Source: Myxococcota bacterium
GTDB lineage: Bacteria; Myxococcota_A; UBA9160; UBA6930
Reading direction: 5' to 3'
NCBI GenBank assembly: GCA_965223415.1
Contig: OZ245002.1
Coordinates: forward strand, 4,096,001-4,160,000
Length of the DNA: 64,000 nucleotides
Below the pieces are notes generated by a model, which was given only the letters and a program-made list of their open reading frames with translations, made no database searches and was not told the origin of the DNA. Both the position numbers and the translations under genes were made by a program. Numbering within the stretch: position 1 is the stretch's first letter; each line of letters opens with the position of its first letter. Shown in pieces: positions 1-9,571 of this stretch.

Positions 1-507
1 CTGACCGGCTTCGCGCTGGAGGGCGTGAACGGCGCCGACGGAAGCACCACCACGACGATCGTGCTGAGTGGCTCGATCGGCGCGACCGGGCTCTTCGTCG
101 TGGCCGACCAGGCGAGCGGCGGCGGCAGCTCGGTGGCCGGCGCCGATCTCATCGCCAACTTCGACTTCCAGAACGGGCCGGACTCGGTGCGCCTGCTCGA
201 TGCATCCGGGGCGGTGATCGACGCGCTCGGCTACGGCAGCTTCGGCATCGGCCAGGTGTTCGCCGGCGAGGGCATGCCCGCACCGGACGTCGCCGCCGGC
301 TCGAGCCTGGCGCGGCTCGACGCCTGGCGGGATACGGACGACAACGCCCTCGACTTCGGCGTCCTCGCCAGCCCGACGCCGGGCACGGCCCCGGGCACGC
401 CGGTCCCCGAGCCCTCCCAGCTCGGCCTGCTGGCCGCGCTGCTGCTCACCCGTCCGCTGGCAAGGCGGCGGCTCGGCACGGGCCGGTCCCCGGCCGGGCC
501 TGCCTGA
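1..507 (+). CDS. PEP-CTERM sorting domain protein with lamin-tail-like region (5' end outside window)
   Basis: Frame is open from base 1; C-terminal VPEP + hydrophobic stretch + RRR; DFQNGPDSVRL...SLAR...DTDDNALDF...PTPG pattern resembles lamin-tail-domain surface proteins. Confidence 0.7.
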   Translation: MTGFALEGVNGADGSTTTTIVLSGSIGATGLFVVADQASGGGSSVAGADLIANFDFQNGPDSVRLLDASGAVIDALGYGSFGIGQVFAGEGMPAPDVAAGSSLARLDAWRDTDDNALDFGVLASPTPGTAPGTPVPEPSQLGLLAALLLTRPLARRRLGTGRSPAGPA

Positions 508-560
508 GCTCGACCCCCGGACGGCGTTCCCCCCTCGTTCCCCCGGACGACACGCCGTCC

Positions 561-598
561 CGCCCCGGCGCGCGCACCCCACTCGGCGCGCCGGGGCG
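561..598. terminator. GC-rich hairpin after the PEP-CTERM gene (possible terminator)
   Basis: 13-bp perfect inverted repeat cgccccggcgcgc / gcgcgccggggcg; no clear U-tract. Confidence 0.3.
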
Positions 599-710
599 TC
601 TCGGGCCGCATGGGGTTTGGCCCCCGCCCCGGGCGGCGGGCTTCAGCGAGCCCCCCCGGGAGCCGATACACCCGTTCGCAGACCTGGAATGCGTTCGGCC
701 GTTGCGTCGG

Positions 711-739
711 TTGAAATGGGGGGCGCCGCCCGCGACACT
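711..739 (+). promoter_or_regulatory. Putative sigma70 promoter of the ftsEX operon
   Basis: TTGAAA-N17-GACACT, 32 nt upstream of the ATG at 772. Confidence 0.3.
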
Positions 740-771
740 CGGCGCCGTCTCCCGGGGGTGAGAGCGCTCGC

Positions 772-1368
772 ATGCTGACGGGCTTCAACACGAACATCCG
801 ACATCGGGGCGTGTTGTTTCACGTGCAGAGCGAAGACAGCGGGCGCGATCATCCCCACGTGATCACGCACCTCTTCCACGGCGGCAACATCATGGCCTCC
901 GAGAAGAGCGGCTATGCCGACCGGGTCGACGACTCGGACCTGGAAGGCGTGGTGCGCGCGATCATGGAGGCCCAGCACAAGGCGGTGCTGAAGCGTCTGC
1001 GCGCAGGCGAGTTCGACGACGTGATCCAGGCCCGGCTCGGCGACGAGGTGTTCGGGGACGAAACGGCGCCCCCCGCCGCCGTGGAGGCCGCGGCGGCGGT
1101 CGACGCGCCGTCCGAGACCACCGCCCCGCCGACCCAGCAGGTCGCGGCCGAGCCGCCGCCGGCCGCGGCGTCTCCCGAGGAGCCGCCGCCGGCCGTGGCG
1201 TCTCCCGAGGAGCCGCCGCCGGCCGTGGCGTCTCCCGAGGAGCCGCCGGAGCCCGACGCCGGCCGGCCCTTCGGCGACGGGATCGTCTCGGACAAGCCCC
1301 TGGACGAGGTGATCCTCAACTACCTCGTCTCGAACGCACGCAAGCGCAAGCGCCAACAGGCTTCGTGA
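772..1368 (+). CDS. Hypothetical protein upstream of ftsE
   Basis: Globular N-terminus (GFNTNIRHRG..HVQSEDSG), Pro/Ala/Glu linker, C-terminal KPLDEVILNYL peptide; GC3-rich codons. Confidence 0.75.
   Translation: MLTGFNTNIRHRGVLFHVQSEDSGRDHPHVITHLFHGGNIMASEKSGYADRVDDSDLEGVVRAIMEAQHKAVLKRLRAGEFDDVIQARLGDEVFGDETAPPAAVEAAAAVDAPSETTAPPTQQVAAEPPPAAASPEEPPPAVASPEEPPPAVASPEEPPEPDAGRPFGDGIVSDKPLDEVILNYLVSNARKRKRQQAS
1151..1248 (+). repeat. In-frame 30-bp tandem repeat, about 3.3 copies (PPPA[A/V]ASPEE)
   Basis: agccgccgccggccgYggcgtctcccgagg at 1151, 1181, 1211, partial at 1241. Confidence 0.95.
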
Positions 1369-1399
1369 CCCTGCGCGCGCTCCGGCGCGAGCCGCTTCC

Positions 1400-2125
1400 G
1401 TGAGCCGCCGGGGCATCGAGCCCGCCCATGCGGGCGCCGGCGGGCTGGTGCGGCTCTTCCACGTCTCGAAGTCCTACGTGGCCGGGAGCTGGGCGCTGCG
1501 GGACGTGAGCCTCGAGCTCGGCAAGGGGGAGTTCGTCTTTCTCACCGGGCCGAGCGGCGCCGGCAAGACGACGCTCATGCGCATGATCTTCGCCGACGAA
1601 CATCCGAGCGAAGGGCAGATCATCGTGCTCGGCCGCAACGTGAGCCGGCTCTCCCCGGCGGCGGTGCCGCACCTCCGGCGACGCATCGGTGTCGTGTTCC
1701 AGGACTTCAAGCTGCTGGCGCGGCGGACGGTGGAGGAGAACGTGGGGCTCGCCCTGGACGTGGTGGGCACGCCGGCGCGGGAACGCAAGGCGCGGGTCTT
1801 CGCGATGCTGAAGCGGGTCGGGCTGCAGCACCGCCGCTATCACCATCCGCTCTCGCTGTCCGGCGGCGAGCAGCAGCGCCTCGCCCTGGCGCGGGCGCTG
1901 GTCAACGAGCCCGAGGTGCTGCTGGCCGACGAGCCCACCGGCAACCTCGACCCGGATCTCACCCTCGAGATCATGGACCTGATCGCCGACGCCGCGGCCC
2001 GCGGCACGGCGGTGTTCGTGGCCACCCACGACCACGCCCTCGTCGAGCGCTACGGCCGGCGGGTCGTGCGTCTCGAGGCCGGCGAGCTGGTCGAGGACTC
2101 GCCGGTGCGACGGTCCTCCTCGTGA
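1400..2125 (+). CDS. ftsE: Cell division ATP-binding protein FtsE
   Basis: GPSGAGKTT, LRRRIGVVFQDFKLL, LSGGEQQR, ADEPTGNLD; followed by ftsX; start may be GTG 1448. Confidence 0.93.
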   Translation: MSRRGIEPAHAGAGGLVRLFHVSKSYVAGSWALRDVSLELGKGEFVFLTGPSGAGKTTLMRMIFADEHPSEGQIIVLGRNVSRLSPAAVPHLRRRIGVVFQDFKLLARRTVEENVGLALDVVGTPARERKARVFAMLKRVGLQHRRYHHPLSLSGGEQQRLALARALVNEPEVLLADEPTGNLDPDLTLEIMDLIADAAARGTAVFVATHDHALVERYGRRVVRLEAGELVEDSPVRRSSS

Positions 2126-3033
2126 CGGAGCGCTGGCGGGCACGGATCCGCTACGTCCTGCGCTCGGCCTGGAGCGGGCTGCGCGCTTCGCCGGTGACCG
2201 GCGGCGTCGCCGTGCTGACGATCGCCCTGTGTCTCCTGCTGGTCGGCTCCTTCGCGCTGCTGGTGGCGAACATGGAGCGCATCCTCGACCGCTTCGGCGA
2301 GGAGTTCCGGGTCTCCGCCTACCTGGAGGAGGAGCTGTCGGACGAGGAGACGGCCGCGCTCCGGGAACGGCTCGCCGCCGCGCCGGGCGTGGAGCGGGTC
2401 GAGCTCGTGACGAAGGACGCCGCCCTCGAGCGCTTCCGCGGGAGCCACATCGGCCGGGCGGCGCTCCTCGATGGGCTCGACGACAATCCCCTGCCGGCCT
2501 CCCTCGAGCTCGTGCTGGCGCCGGCCCATCGCAGTGCCGAGGGGCTCGAGCGCCTCGCGGCCGCCGCGCAGGGGCTGCCCGGCATCGCCGAGCTCGGCTA
2601 CGGGTCGGACTGGGTGTCCGGCTACGGACGAGCCGTCGGGCTCGTGCGCAGCGTCGCCCTGGCGATCGGCGCGGTGCTGGTGCTGGCGACGCTCCTCATC
2701 GTGACGAACACGATTCGGCTGGCCGTCTACGCGCGGCGCGACGAGGTGTCGATCCTGCGACTGGTCGGCGCGAGCCGCACCTTCGTCGCCGTTCCCTATC
2801 TCCTGGAGGGCGCCGCGCAGGGGCTGGCCGGCGGCCTCCTCGGCCTGGGTCTCCTCTTCGCCATCTTCCACCTGGCGCTGCCCGTCTTCGCCGGCAGCCT
2901 GGAGCTCCTGCTGGGCTACGTGTCGCCGGCCTTCCTCGAGGCGCGGGCCTGTGCCGGGCTGGTCGCCGTCGGCGCGGGCCTCGGAGTGCTGGGCTCCGCG
3001 GCGGCCCTGGGGCAGGGCGGGCTCGAGGGATGA
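2122..3033 (+). CDS. ftsX: Cell division permease FtsX
   Basis: 4-TM layout, DNPLPASL, NTIRLAVYARRDEVSILRLVGA. Confidence 0.93.
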   Translation: MTERWRARIRYVLRSAWSGLRASPVTGGVAVLTIALCLLLVGSFALLVANMERILDRFGEEFRVSAYLEEELSDEETAALRERLAAAPGVERVELVTKDAALERFRGSHIGRAALLDGLDDNPLPASLELVLAPAHRSAEGLERLAAAAQGLPGIAELGYGSDWVSGYGRAVGLVRSVALAIGAVLVLATLLIVTNTIRLAVYARRDEVSILRLVGASRTFVAVPYLLEGAAQGLAGGLLGLGLLFAIFHLALPVFAGSLELLLGYVSPAFLEARACAGLVAVGAGLGVLGSAAALGQGGLEG

Positions 3034-4172
3034 GGGCGCCGTGCGTGGCGGCCGCCGCCCTGCTGCTGCTCGCCTCGCCGGCGGCCGCCCGGGACGAGGC
3101 GGTCGAGCTCGAAGATCTCCGGCGCGCGATCGAGACCCGCAAGGAGCGCCTCCAGGCCTACGAGGACGAGGCCAAGGGCCTGTTCGCAGCCATCGAGGCG
3201 GTGGACCGCGCGGCCCGGGCGTTGCGCCGCGACGCCGAGCGCGCGGCCGGCGACGCGCTGGAGGCCGAGCGCAGCATGCGGCGGCTCGAAGCGGAGGCGG
3301 CGGGTCTCGAGGAGCGCATGGACGAGACCCGGCGCGGCCTAGGAAAGCGCGCCGTGGCGCTCTACAAGGCCGGCGAGATCGGCCCGCTCCGCTGGGTGTT
3401 CGGCGAGGGCTCGCTGCGCGATCGCGTCGCGCGGGTGCAGGCCCTGCAGCTCCTGGTCGACCACGACGACCAGCTGATCCGACGCTTCGAGGCGGAGCGC
3501 GCGCAGCTCGACGCGGCCCGTGCGGGAGCCGCCCGGGCCGCGGTGCGCCGCGACGAGGCGCGGGCACGTCTCGAGACCCGCTCCCGGGAGCTCGAAGCCG
3601 AGCGCCGCACCAAGCGCGCGCTGCTCGTGCGCGTCCGCCAGGATCGCGCCAGCGAGCGAGCGCTCCTCAACGAGCTCGAGGCCGCCGCCGCCGAGCTCGA
3701 GGCCACCCTCGACGAGCTGCAGCGCGAGCCCTCGCTGCCCGGAATCCGCGGCCCGTCCTTCGCTTCCGGGAAGGGCCGCCTCGAGCCCCCGGTGCCCGGG
3801 GCCGTGGTGCGCTCCTTCGGGCGGGTGGTCGACGCCGAGTACCGCACCCAGACCTTTCGCAAGGGCGTCGACTTCGAGGTGGCCCTGGGCGAGCCGGTCT
3901 ACGCGGTGGCGGCGGGCCAGGTGCGCTTCGCCGATTGGTTCCGCGGCTACGGACGCATGGTCATCGTCGATCACGGCGAGGGCTGGTTCACGGTCTCCGG
4001 CCACCTGGACGACGTGGAGGTGCAGGTCGGGGAGCCCGTGGGCGCCGGAGATCCGATCGGCAGCGCCGGCGAGACCGGCTCGCTCCTCGGGCCGCGGCTT
4101 TACTTCGAGATCCGCAAGGGCTCGGAAGCCGTCGACCCGGCCGAGTGGCTCCGGCTGGTCCCCGGCCTTTAG
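3030..4172 (+). CDS. envC: Murein hydrolase activator EnvC (coiled coil + M23 domain)
   Basis: Signal peptide, long coiled coil, KGVDF/GYGRMVIVDHG/LYFEIR; ATGA overlap with ftsX. Confidence 0.88.
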   Translation: MRAPCVAAAALLLLASPAAARDEAVELEDLRRAIETRKERLQAYEDEAKGLFAAIEAVDRAARALRRDAERAAGDALEAERSMRRLEAEAAGLEERMDETRRGLGKRAVALYKAGEIGPLRWVFGEGSLRDRVARVQALQLLVDHDDQLIRRFEAERAQLDAARAGAARAAVRRDEARARLETRSRELEAERRTKRALLVRVRQDRASERALLNELEAAAAELEATLDELQREPSLPGIRGPSFASGKGRLEPPVPGAVVRSFGRVVDAEYRTQTFRKGVDFEVALGEPVYAVAAGQVRFADWFRGYGRMVIVDHGEGWFTVSGHLDDVEVQVGEPVGAGDPIGSAGETGSLLGPRLYFEIRKGSEAVDPAEWLRLVPGL

Positions 4173-4239
4173 GTAGACTCGCACGACGCCGAAGACGTCC
4201 TCTCCAATGGTCCCCGAATCTCCGGGCGAGGAGCCCCAC

Positions 4240-5628
4240 ATGCGCCGCAAAGGCAATCGCTTCCTGGTCGGATTCTTCGCCGGCACCTTCCTTGCGTCGC
4301 TGACGGTCTTCTCCGTCGCCGGCACCGGCACCCTGGCCGCCAATCGCTACGAAGACCTCTCGCTGTTCAGCTCGGTGCTGCGGCTGGTCCGCGACAACTA
4401 CGTCGAGGAGGTGGACGAGGCCGACCTCATCCGCGGCGCCGTGCGCGGCATGCTCGCCGAGCTCGACCCCCACTCGTCCTACCTGGATCGCCGCCAGCAC
4501 CAGGAGATGCAGATCGATACCAAGGGCGAGTTCCACGGCCTGGGGATCGAGATCAGCAAGCGGCGGGACGGCTTCATCGAGGTGGTCGCGCCGATCGAGG
4601 GCACCCCGGCCTGGCGCGCCGGCCTGCGCGCCCAGGACCGGATCGTCGCGATCTGCCCGACCGTCGTGCCCGACGACTGGACCGAGCCCTGCCGCGGCAC
4701 CAAGGGGATGGAGCTCCACGAGGCGGTGGCCCTCATGCGCGGCAAGAAGGGCACGACGATCACGATCCGCATCCTCCGCGAGGGCTTCGACGAGCCGGAG
4801 CCCTACACGATCCGCCGTGACGTGGTGAAGGTGGTGTCCGTCGACGGTCGCATGATCGAGCCCGGCTACGCCTACGTGCGGGTGCGCTCGTTCCAGGAGC
4901 GCACGGCGCGGGACCTGGAGAGCGTGCTCGAGCGCCTCCACGCCGAAGCCGCCGGCGGCTTCCAGGGCATGGTCCTCGACCTGCGAGACAACCCGGGCGG
5001 GCTCCTCGACCAGGCGGTGAAGGTGGCGGACCTCTGGGTGAAGGACGGCCTGATCGTCTACACGAAAGGGCGCGTCGAGAGCCAGCAGCAGGAGTTCCGC
5101 GCCCAGGCCGAGGGCGAGGTCGCCTACCCGATGGTCGTGCTGGTGAACGCGGGCAGCGCGAGCGCCTCGGAGATCGTGGCCGGTGCGCTGCAGGACCACC
5201 ACCGCGCGCTGCTCCTGGGCGGCAACACCTTCGGCAAGGGCTCCGTCCAGACCGTCTACCCGCTGGCGGATCGGTCCGGGCTGCGGCTCACCACCGCCCT
5301 CTACTACACGCCCGCCGGTCGTTCCATCCAGGAGGTGGGCATCGAGCCCGACATCGCGGTCGAAGAGGAGATCCCGGAGCCCGACGCCGCCGCCGATGCC
5401 GACGAGCGCGGCGGGCGCGACATCCGCGAGAAGGACCTCGAGGGCCACTTCACCCAGGAAGACGCGAAGCCGGACGCCGAGGACGGCCCCGGCGCCGGTC
5501 GGAATGCGGACGACGTGCAGCTCACCCGCGCCGTCGAGGTGCTGAAGAGCTGGACCTACTTCGACAAGCTGCGCGCCGCCCAGGCGGAGCGGCCGGAGCC
5601 GACGGTTTCGGCGGAGGTGCAGCCCTAG
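4240..5628 (+). CDS. ctpA: Carboxyl-terminal processing protease, S41 family
   Basis: LDPHS, PDZ GLGIEI, DLRDNPGGLL, SASASEIVAGALQD, TFGKGSVQT; GAGGAG RBS before ATG 4240. Confidence 0.93.
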   Translation: MRRKGNRFLVGFFAGTFLASLTVFSVAGTGTLAANRYEDLSLFSSVLRLVRDNYVEEVDEADLIRGAVRGMLAELDPHSSYLDRRQHQEMQIDTKGEFHGLGIEISKRRDGFIEVVAPIEGTPAWRAGLRAQDRIVAICPTVVPDDWTEPCRGTKGMELHEAVALMRGKKGTTITIRILREGFDEPEPYTIRRDVVKVVSVDGRMIEPGYAYVRVRSFQERTARDLESVLERLHAEAAGGFQGMVLDLRDNPGGLLDQAVKVADLWVKDGLIVYTKGRVESQQQEFRAQAEGEVAYPMVVLVNAGSASASEIVAGALQDHHRALLLGGNTFGKGSVQTVYPLADRSGLRLTTALYYTPAGRSIQEVGIEPDIAVEEEIPEPDAAADADERGGRDIREKDLEGHFTQEDAKPDAEDGPGAGRNADDVQLTRAVEVLKSWTYFDKLRAAQAERPEPTVSAEVQP

Positions 5629-5662
5629 CATCGGAGGCGCGCCGGGCGGTGTCGTTCCCGGT

Positions 5663-7180
5663 GTGTTGGCTCGGCTCACACGACGTTCCGTCCCCGCTTC
5701 TCTCGTCGCGGGGGTGGCCCTGGTGCTGCTGGCCGCGGAGCCTCCGCCCGTCGACCTGACGCGCCTCACTCCGACCGAGCGCCTCCAGAGCCTCTCGGGA
5801 GCGCGTCTTCCCGGGTTCTTCCGGGTGCAGGCGGAGGTGTGCCGGGGCGATGGGGTGGCCCGCGCCCGCTACCTAGAAGGCCTCGCCCGTGCGCTGGCCG
5901 TCCCCGGTGCGCCGCTGGCTCCCGCGTATCAGGAGATCGTGGGAGGCTGTCGCTTCGGGCCGCCGTGCTCGTGGCTGCGCGAAGAGCTCGGTCGATGGGG
6001 TCCGAGGGTCGACACCTTCCTGTGGAGGGAGGTCGCGTCCTGTCATCCTCTCGACGCGCCCGGGCTGTTCGACGGGTCCGGGGCGCCGGACGCGGCGGTC
6101 GTCGCCTACCACGCGCGTCGCCCGATCGGCCGTTTCCACTCGCGGCGGCTCGCCGAGATCGTGGCCGCTCGCTACCGGCTCGGAGATCCGGAGCCGCTGA
6201 GGGATGCGCTCGCCGTCTACGGACGCATGGTCCACGAGGAGACCGCGGCGCATCTCCTCGACCTGGCGTCGCGCCCGGCGGAGGACGAGATCCAGTGGGG
6301 GGTCGTGAAGGCTCTTCGGCACCAGAGCGATCCGAGCGTTCGGGAACGCTTCTTTGTCGCGTGTCGAGAGCGACAGCGCGCATCCGTGGAGCGGTGGCGC
6401 GCCCGCGGTGCCCATCCACGCGCCTCACCGCTCCGCTGGGGCGACGATTGCGCTCCCGGCGGGCGCTGGATCGACCGCCCCCGCGCGGCCGCCGAGCGCG
6501 GTCCGCCGGTGCCCGAGCACGCCGGCGGGTTCCCGGTCTGGCATGTGCCGGGCCTCCAGTTCGAGGATGCCTCCCGACTGCTCTGGGAGATGGCCGCCGC
6601 GCTCGCGCCGGACCTGGACGAGGTCGTGTTTCGCGACGTGTGGCCCGCGGTCGACCGGGTTCCCCTCCACCGCGGTCCGGCGCGCTTTCACGGCTTCATC
6701 AACGGGGACGCGATCGCCGTCGAGCTTCCCCTTCGCGACGGCAAGCCGGATCTCGGAGCATGGGCGGCGCTCGAAGCCGAGCTGCTCGCCGCGCTGCCCC
6801 GGCCGCGGCGCATCGACGTCTCGTGGCGGGGCGAGACCCGCAGCTCCGCCTACGAGCCGTCCCGCGAGGCCTACGACCTGGACCGCTTCGTCGAGATCGC
6901 CAACCGCACCCTGGCCCGGGTCGGCAGCGCCAGGCGCATCGAGCGGGCGCCCGAGCCCGGCTGGCTGCGCGTGACTCGCGCCTCCCGGCGTCTCTCCGAT
7001 ACGCTGGCGACGTGGAAACCACCGGGCGATCCGCCGGCGAGCAGGGCCCCCGCGTCTTCCAGGTCTCCGAGCTGGCCGCCGGCATCAAGAGCCTGCTCGA
7101 GGACGAGGTGGGGCGTGTCTGGGTCGTCGGCGAGATCGGGGACCTGTTTCGCGCGCGTTCCGGGCACTGCTACTTCGTGA
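5663..7180 (+). CDS. Hypothetical exported protein (3' end overlaps xseA)
   Basis: Signal-like N-terminus, GC3-rich codons, several Cys; no recognisable family; last 169 nt overlap xseA. Confidence 0.55.
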   Translation: MLARLTRRSVPASLVAGVALVLLAAEPPPVDLTRLTPTERLQSLSGARLPGFFRVQAEVCRGDGVARARYLEGLARALAVPGAPLAPAYQEIVGGCRFGPPCSWLREELGRWGPRVDTFLWREVASCHPLDAPGLFDGSGAPDAAVVAYHARRPIGRFHSRRLAEIVAARYRLGDPEPLRDALAVYGRMVHEETAAHLLDLASRPAEDEIQWGVVKALRHQSDPSVRERFFVACRERQRASVERWRARGAHPRASPLRWGDDCAPGGRWIDRPRAAAERGPPVPEHAGGFPVWHVPGLQFEDASRLLWEMAAALAPDLDEVVFRDVWPAVDRVPLHRGPARFHGFINGDAIAVELPLRDGKPDLGAWAALEAELLAALPRPRRIDVSWRGETRSSAYEPSREAYDLDRFVEIANRTLARVGSARRIERAPEPGWLRVTRASRRLSDTLATWKPPGDPPASRAPASSRSPSWPPASRACSRTRWGVSGSSARSGTCFARVPGTATS

Positions 7181-8424
7181 TGAAGGACAGCGCGGCCCAG
7201 CTCCGCGCCGTGTTGTTCCGCGGCGACCTCGCGCGCATGCCCTTCGATCCGGAGGAGGGCCTCGAGGTGGTGGCCCAGGCCGAGCTCGGCTTCTACGAGC
7301 CCCGGGGCGACGTGCAGCTGATCGTCCGCCGTCTCGAGCCCCGGGGGCAGGGCGCGCTCCAGCTGGCCTTCGAGCAGCTGCGCGGCCGTCTCGCCGAAGA
7401 GGGGCTCTTCGACGCGGCGGACAAGCGCCCGCTCTCGGCCTGGCCCCGTCGCATCGCCATCGTCACGTCGCCCGCCGGCGCGGCGCTCCACGACGTCCTG
7501 CAGGTGACGGGCCGGCGGGCTCCGGGCATTCCGCTGGTCGTGTGCCCGACCCACGTGCAGGGCGAGGGGGCCGAGGCGGAGATCGAGGCCGCCCTCGCCG
7601 CGGCGGGCCGGCTCCCCGAGGTCGACGTCGCACTGCTCGTCCGTGGGGGCGGATCCCTCGAGGACCTGATGGCCTTCAACAGCGAACGGGTCGCACGGGC
7701 GGTGCGGGCCTGCCCGGTGCCGGTGGTGTGCGGCGTGGGCCACGAGGTCGACGTGACCATCGCGGACCTGGCCGCCGACGCCCGCGCGCCGACGCCCTCC
7801 GCCGCCGCCGAGCTGGCGGCGCCGGACACGCTGCCCTGGATCCAACGCCTCGACCGGGAGAGCGATCGCCTCTTCCACGCCGTCGACGCGGCGCTGGATC
7901 GCCAACGCCTCGAGCTGAGTGCCCTGGGCGAGATGCTGCAGCGCTTCGCACCACGCACACGGCTTGCCGCCCAGGGGGAGCGCCTGCGCGCGGCTCGCAT
8001 CGGTCTCGACGCGGCGTGGCAGCGGGAGCGGGACGGCTGGCGTGCGCGGCTCCACGAAGGGCGCGGGCGGCTCGCCCGGAGCGGCGGGGCACTGGCACCG
8101 CTGCAGCGCGGGCCCCTGGGCGCACTCCACGATCGGCTGGATCGGGCGGGGCCGGGCGCCGTCTCGGCGGCGGGCGGTCGCCTCCGCGAGCTCGCTGGCC
8201 GCCTCCACGCCCTCTCGCCCCTGGCCGTGCTGTCTCGCGGCTTCGCCATCGTCCGGGAAGCCGAGGGCGGCGGGATCCTGCGACGCGCCGATGCGGTGGG
8301 CGCGGGCGCCCGGCTCGACATCCAGCTCGAGCACGGCCGGCTCGCCGCGGACGTCGTCGGGCCCGAGTCCGACGCCGGCAGCGCTCCCGACGGCTCGAGC
8401 GAAGAATCCCGAAAGAATGGCTAG
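7012..8424 (+). CDS. xseA: Exodeoxyribonuclease VII large subunit
   Basis: [66 protein letters not shown]. Confidence 0.95.
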   Translation: METTGRSAGEQGPRVFQVSELAAGIKSLLEDEVGRVWVVGEIGDLFRARSGHCYFVMKDSAAQLRAVLFRGDLARMPFDPEEGLEVVAQAELGFYEPRGDVQLIVRRLEPRGQGALQLAFEQLRGRLAEEGLFDAADKRPLSAWPRRIAIVTSPAGAALHDVLQVTGRRAPGIPLVVCPTHVQGEGAEAEIEAALAAAGRLPEVDVALLVRGGGSLEDLMAFNSERVARAVRACPVPVVCGVGHEVDVTIADLAADARAPTPSAAAELAAPDTLPWIQRLDRESDRLFHAVDAALDRQRLELSALGEMLQRFAPRTRLAAQGERLRAARIGLDAAWQRERDGWRARLHEGRGRLARSGGALAPLQRGPLGALHDRLDRAGPGAVSAAGGRLRELAGRLHALSPLAVLSRGFAIVREAEGGGILRRADAVGAGARLDIQLEHGRLAADVVGPESDAGSAPDGSSEESRKNG

Positions 8425-8433
8425 ATTCGCCCC

Positions 8434-8703
8434 ATGGCGGGGCGTACGGCCAAGCGGGCCGCGGACACCACGGAGGGCCTCGATTTCGAGGGGGCCCTGG
8501 CCCGGCTCGAGGAGATCGTCGAGAGCCTCGAGGGGGGCGAGCTGGGCCTCGAGGCGGCGCTGGCGGCCTTCGAGGAAGGCGTGGCGCTCTCCCGGCGCTG
8601 CTCGACCCAGCTCGACGATGCGGAGCGCCGCATCGAGGTGCTGGTCGGCGACGGCGAGGAGCTTCGCACCGAGCCCTTCGACGCGGACGAGGCCGACGCG
8701 TGA
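8434..8703 (+). CDS. xseB: Exodeoxyribonuclease VII small subunit
   Basis: [33 protein letters not shown]. Confidence 0.95.
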   Translation: MAGRTAKRAADTTEGLDFEGALARLEEIVESLEGGELGLEAALAAFEEGVALSRRCSTQLDDAERRIEVLVGDGEELRTEPFDADEADA

Positions 8704-9542
8704 CGCCCGAGGCCTTCCTCGAGGCGACGAAGCAACGGCTGGATCCGTTCCTGGACGGGGCGCTCCCGCCCGCCGACGCGCCCCCGGCGGCCCTCCATGC
8801 GGCGATGCGGCACCTGCTCTTCCCTGGCGGCAAGCGGCTGCGCCCCGGTCTCGCCGTCGCGGCCTGCGAGGCGTTCGGCGGCACGGCGAGCCAGGCCTTG
8901 CCCGCGGCCGCGGCGGCGGAGCTCCTGCACACCTACTCCCTGGTGCACGACGATCTGCCCTGCATGGACGACGACGACGAGCGCCGTGGCCGGCCCACGG
9001 TGCACGTGGCCTTCGGCGAGTCGACGGCGCTGCTGGCCGGCGACGCCCTCCAGGCCCAGGCCTTCGGCGTTCTTGCAGCGGCCCCGGCGCCCGCCCAGGT
9101 GGTGCTGGCGGCGACGCGGGATCTCGCCCATGCGGCGGGCTCCCAGGAGCTGGTCGGCGGCCAGGTGGACGACCTGGCCTTCACGCCCGGCGGCGCCGAC
9201 GAGGAGGCCCGGGTCGAGGCCGTGCACCTGCGCAAGTCCGCGGCGTTGATCGCGGCCTCCATCACGATGGGTGCCCGCTTCGGCGGCGCCGGGGAGGCAT
9301 GGCAGGGCCGCTTGCACAAGTTCGGCCCGGAGCTGGGCATCGCGTTTCAAATCGCCGACGATCTGCTGGATGCGGAGGACGGCGACGAACCCTGCTCGCT
9401 GGTGCGGGTTCTGGGTCCAGAGCGGGCGGGCGAGCGAGCCGAGTCCCTGCTGGACGGGGCCCTCGGCCGGATCGCGGAGCTCGGCCCGGAAGCCGAGCCC
9501 CTGAGAATGCTCGCACGCTATGCCGTGCGAAGGGATCGATGA
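8700..9542 (+). CDS. ispA: Polyprenyl (farnesyl/geranyl) diphosphate synthase
   Basis: [46 protein letters not shown]; xseB-ispA-dxs synteny. Confidence 0.9.
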   Translation: MTPEAFLEATKQRLDPFLDGALPPADAPPAALHAAMRHLLFPGGKRLRPGLAVAACEAFGGTASQALPAAAAAELLHTYSLVHDDLPCMDDDDERRGRPTVHVAFGESTALLAGDALQAQAFGVLAAAPAPAQVVLAATRDLAHAAGSQELVGGQVDDLAFTPGGADEEARVEAVHLRKSAALIAASITMGARFGGAGEAWQGRLHKFGPELGIAFQIADDLLDAEDGDEPCSLVRVLGPERAGERAESLLDGALGRIAELGPEAEPLRMLARYAVRRDR

Positions 9543-9571
9543 GGCACCGGGCTCCTGGTGCGGAGGAATCG

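Noticed and set aside
650..760. Possible structured ncRNA or riboswitch before the ftsEX operon (cccccgggag / ctcccggggg closing stem)
   Set aside because: No recognisable family motif; pairings are expected at this GC content and a promoter-like element lies within it; an Rfam/covariation search would be needed
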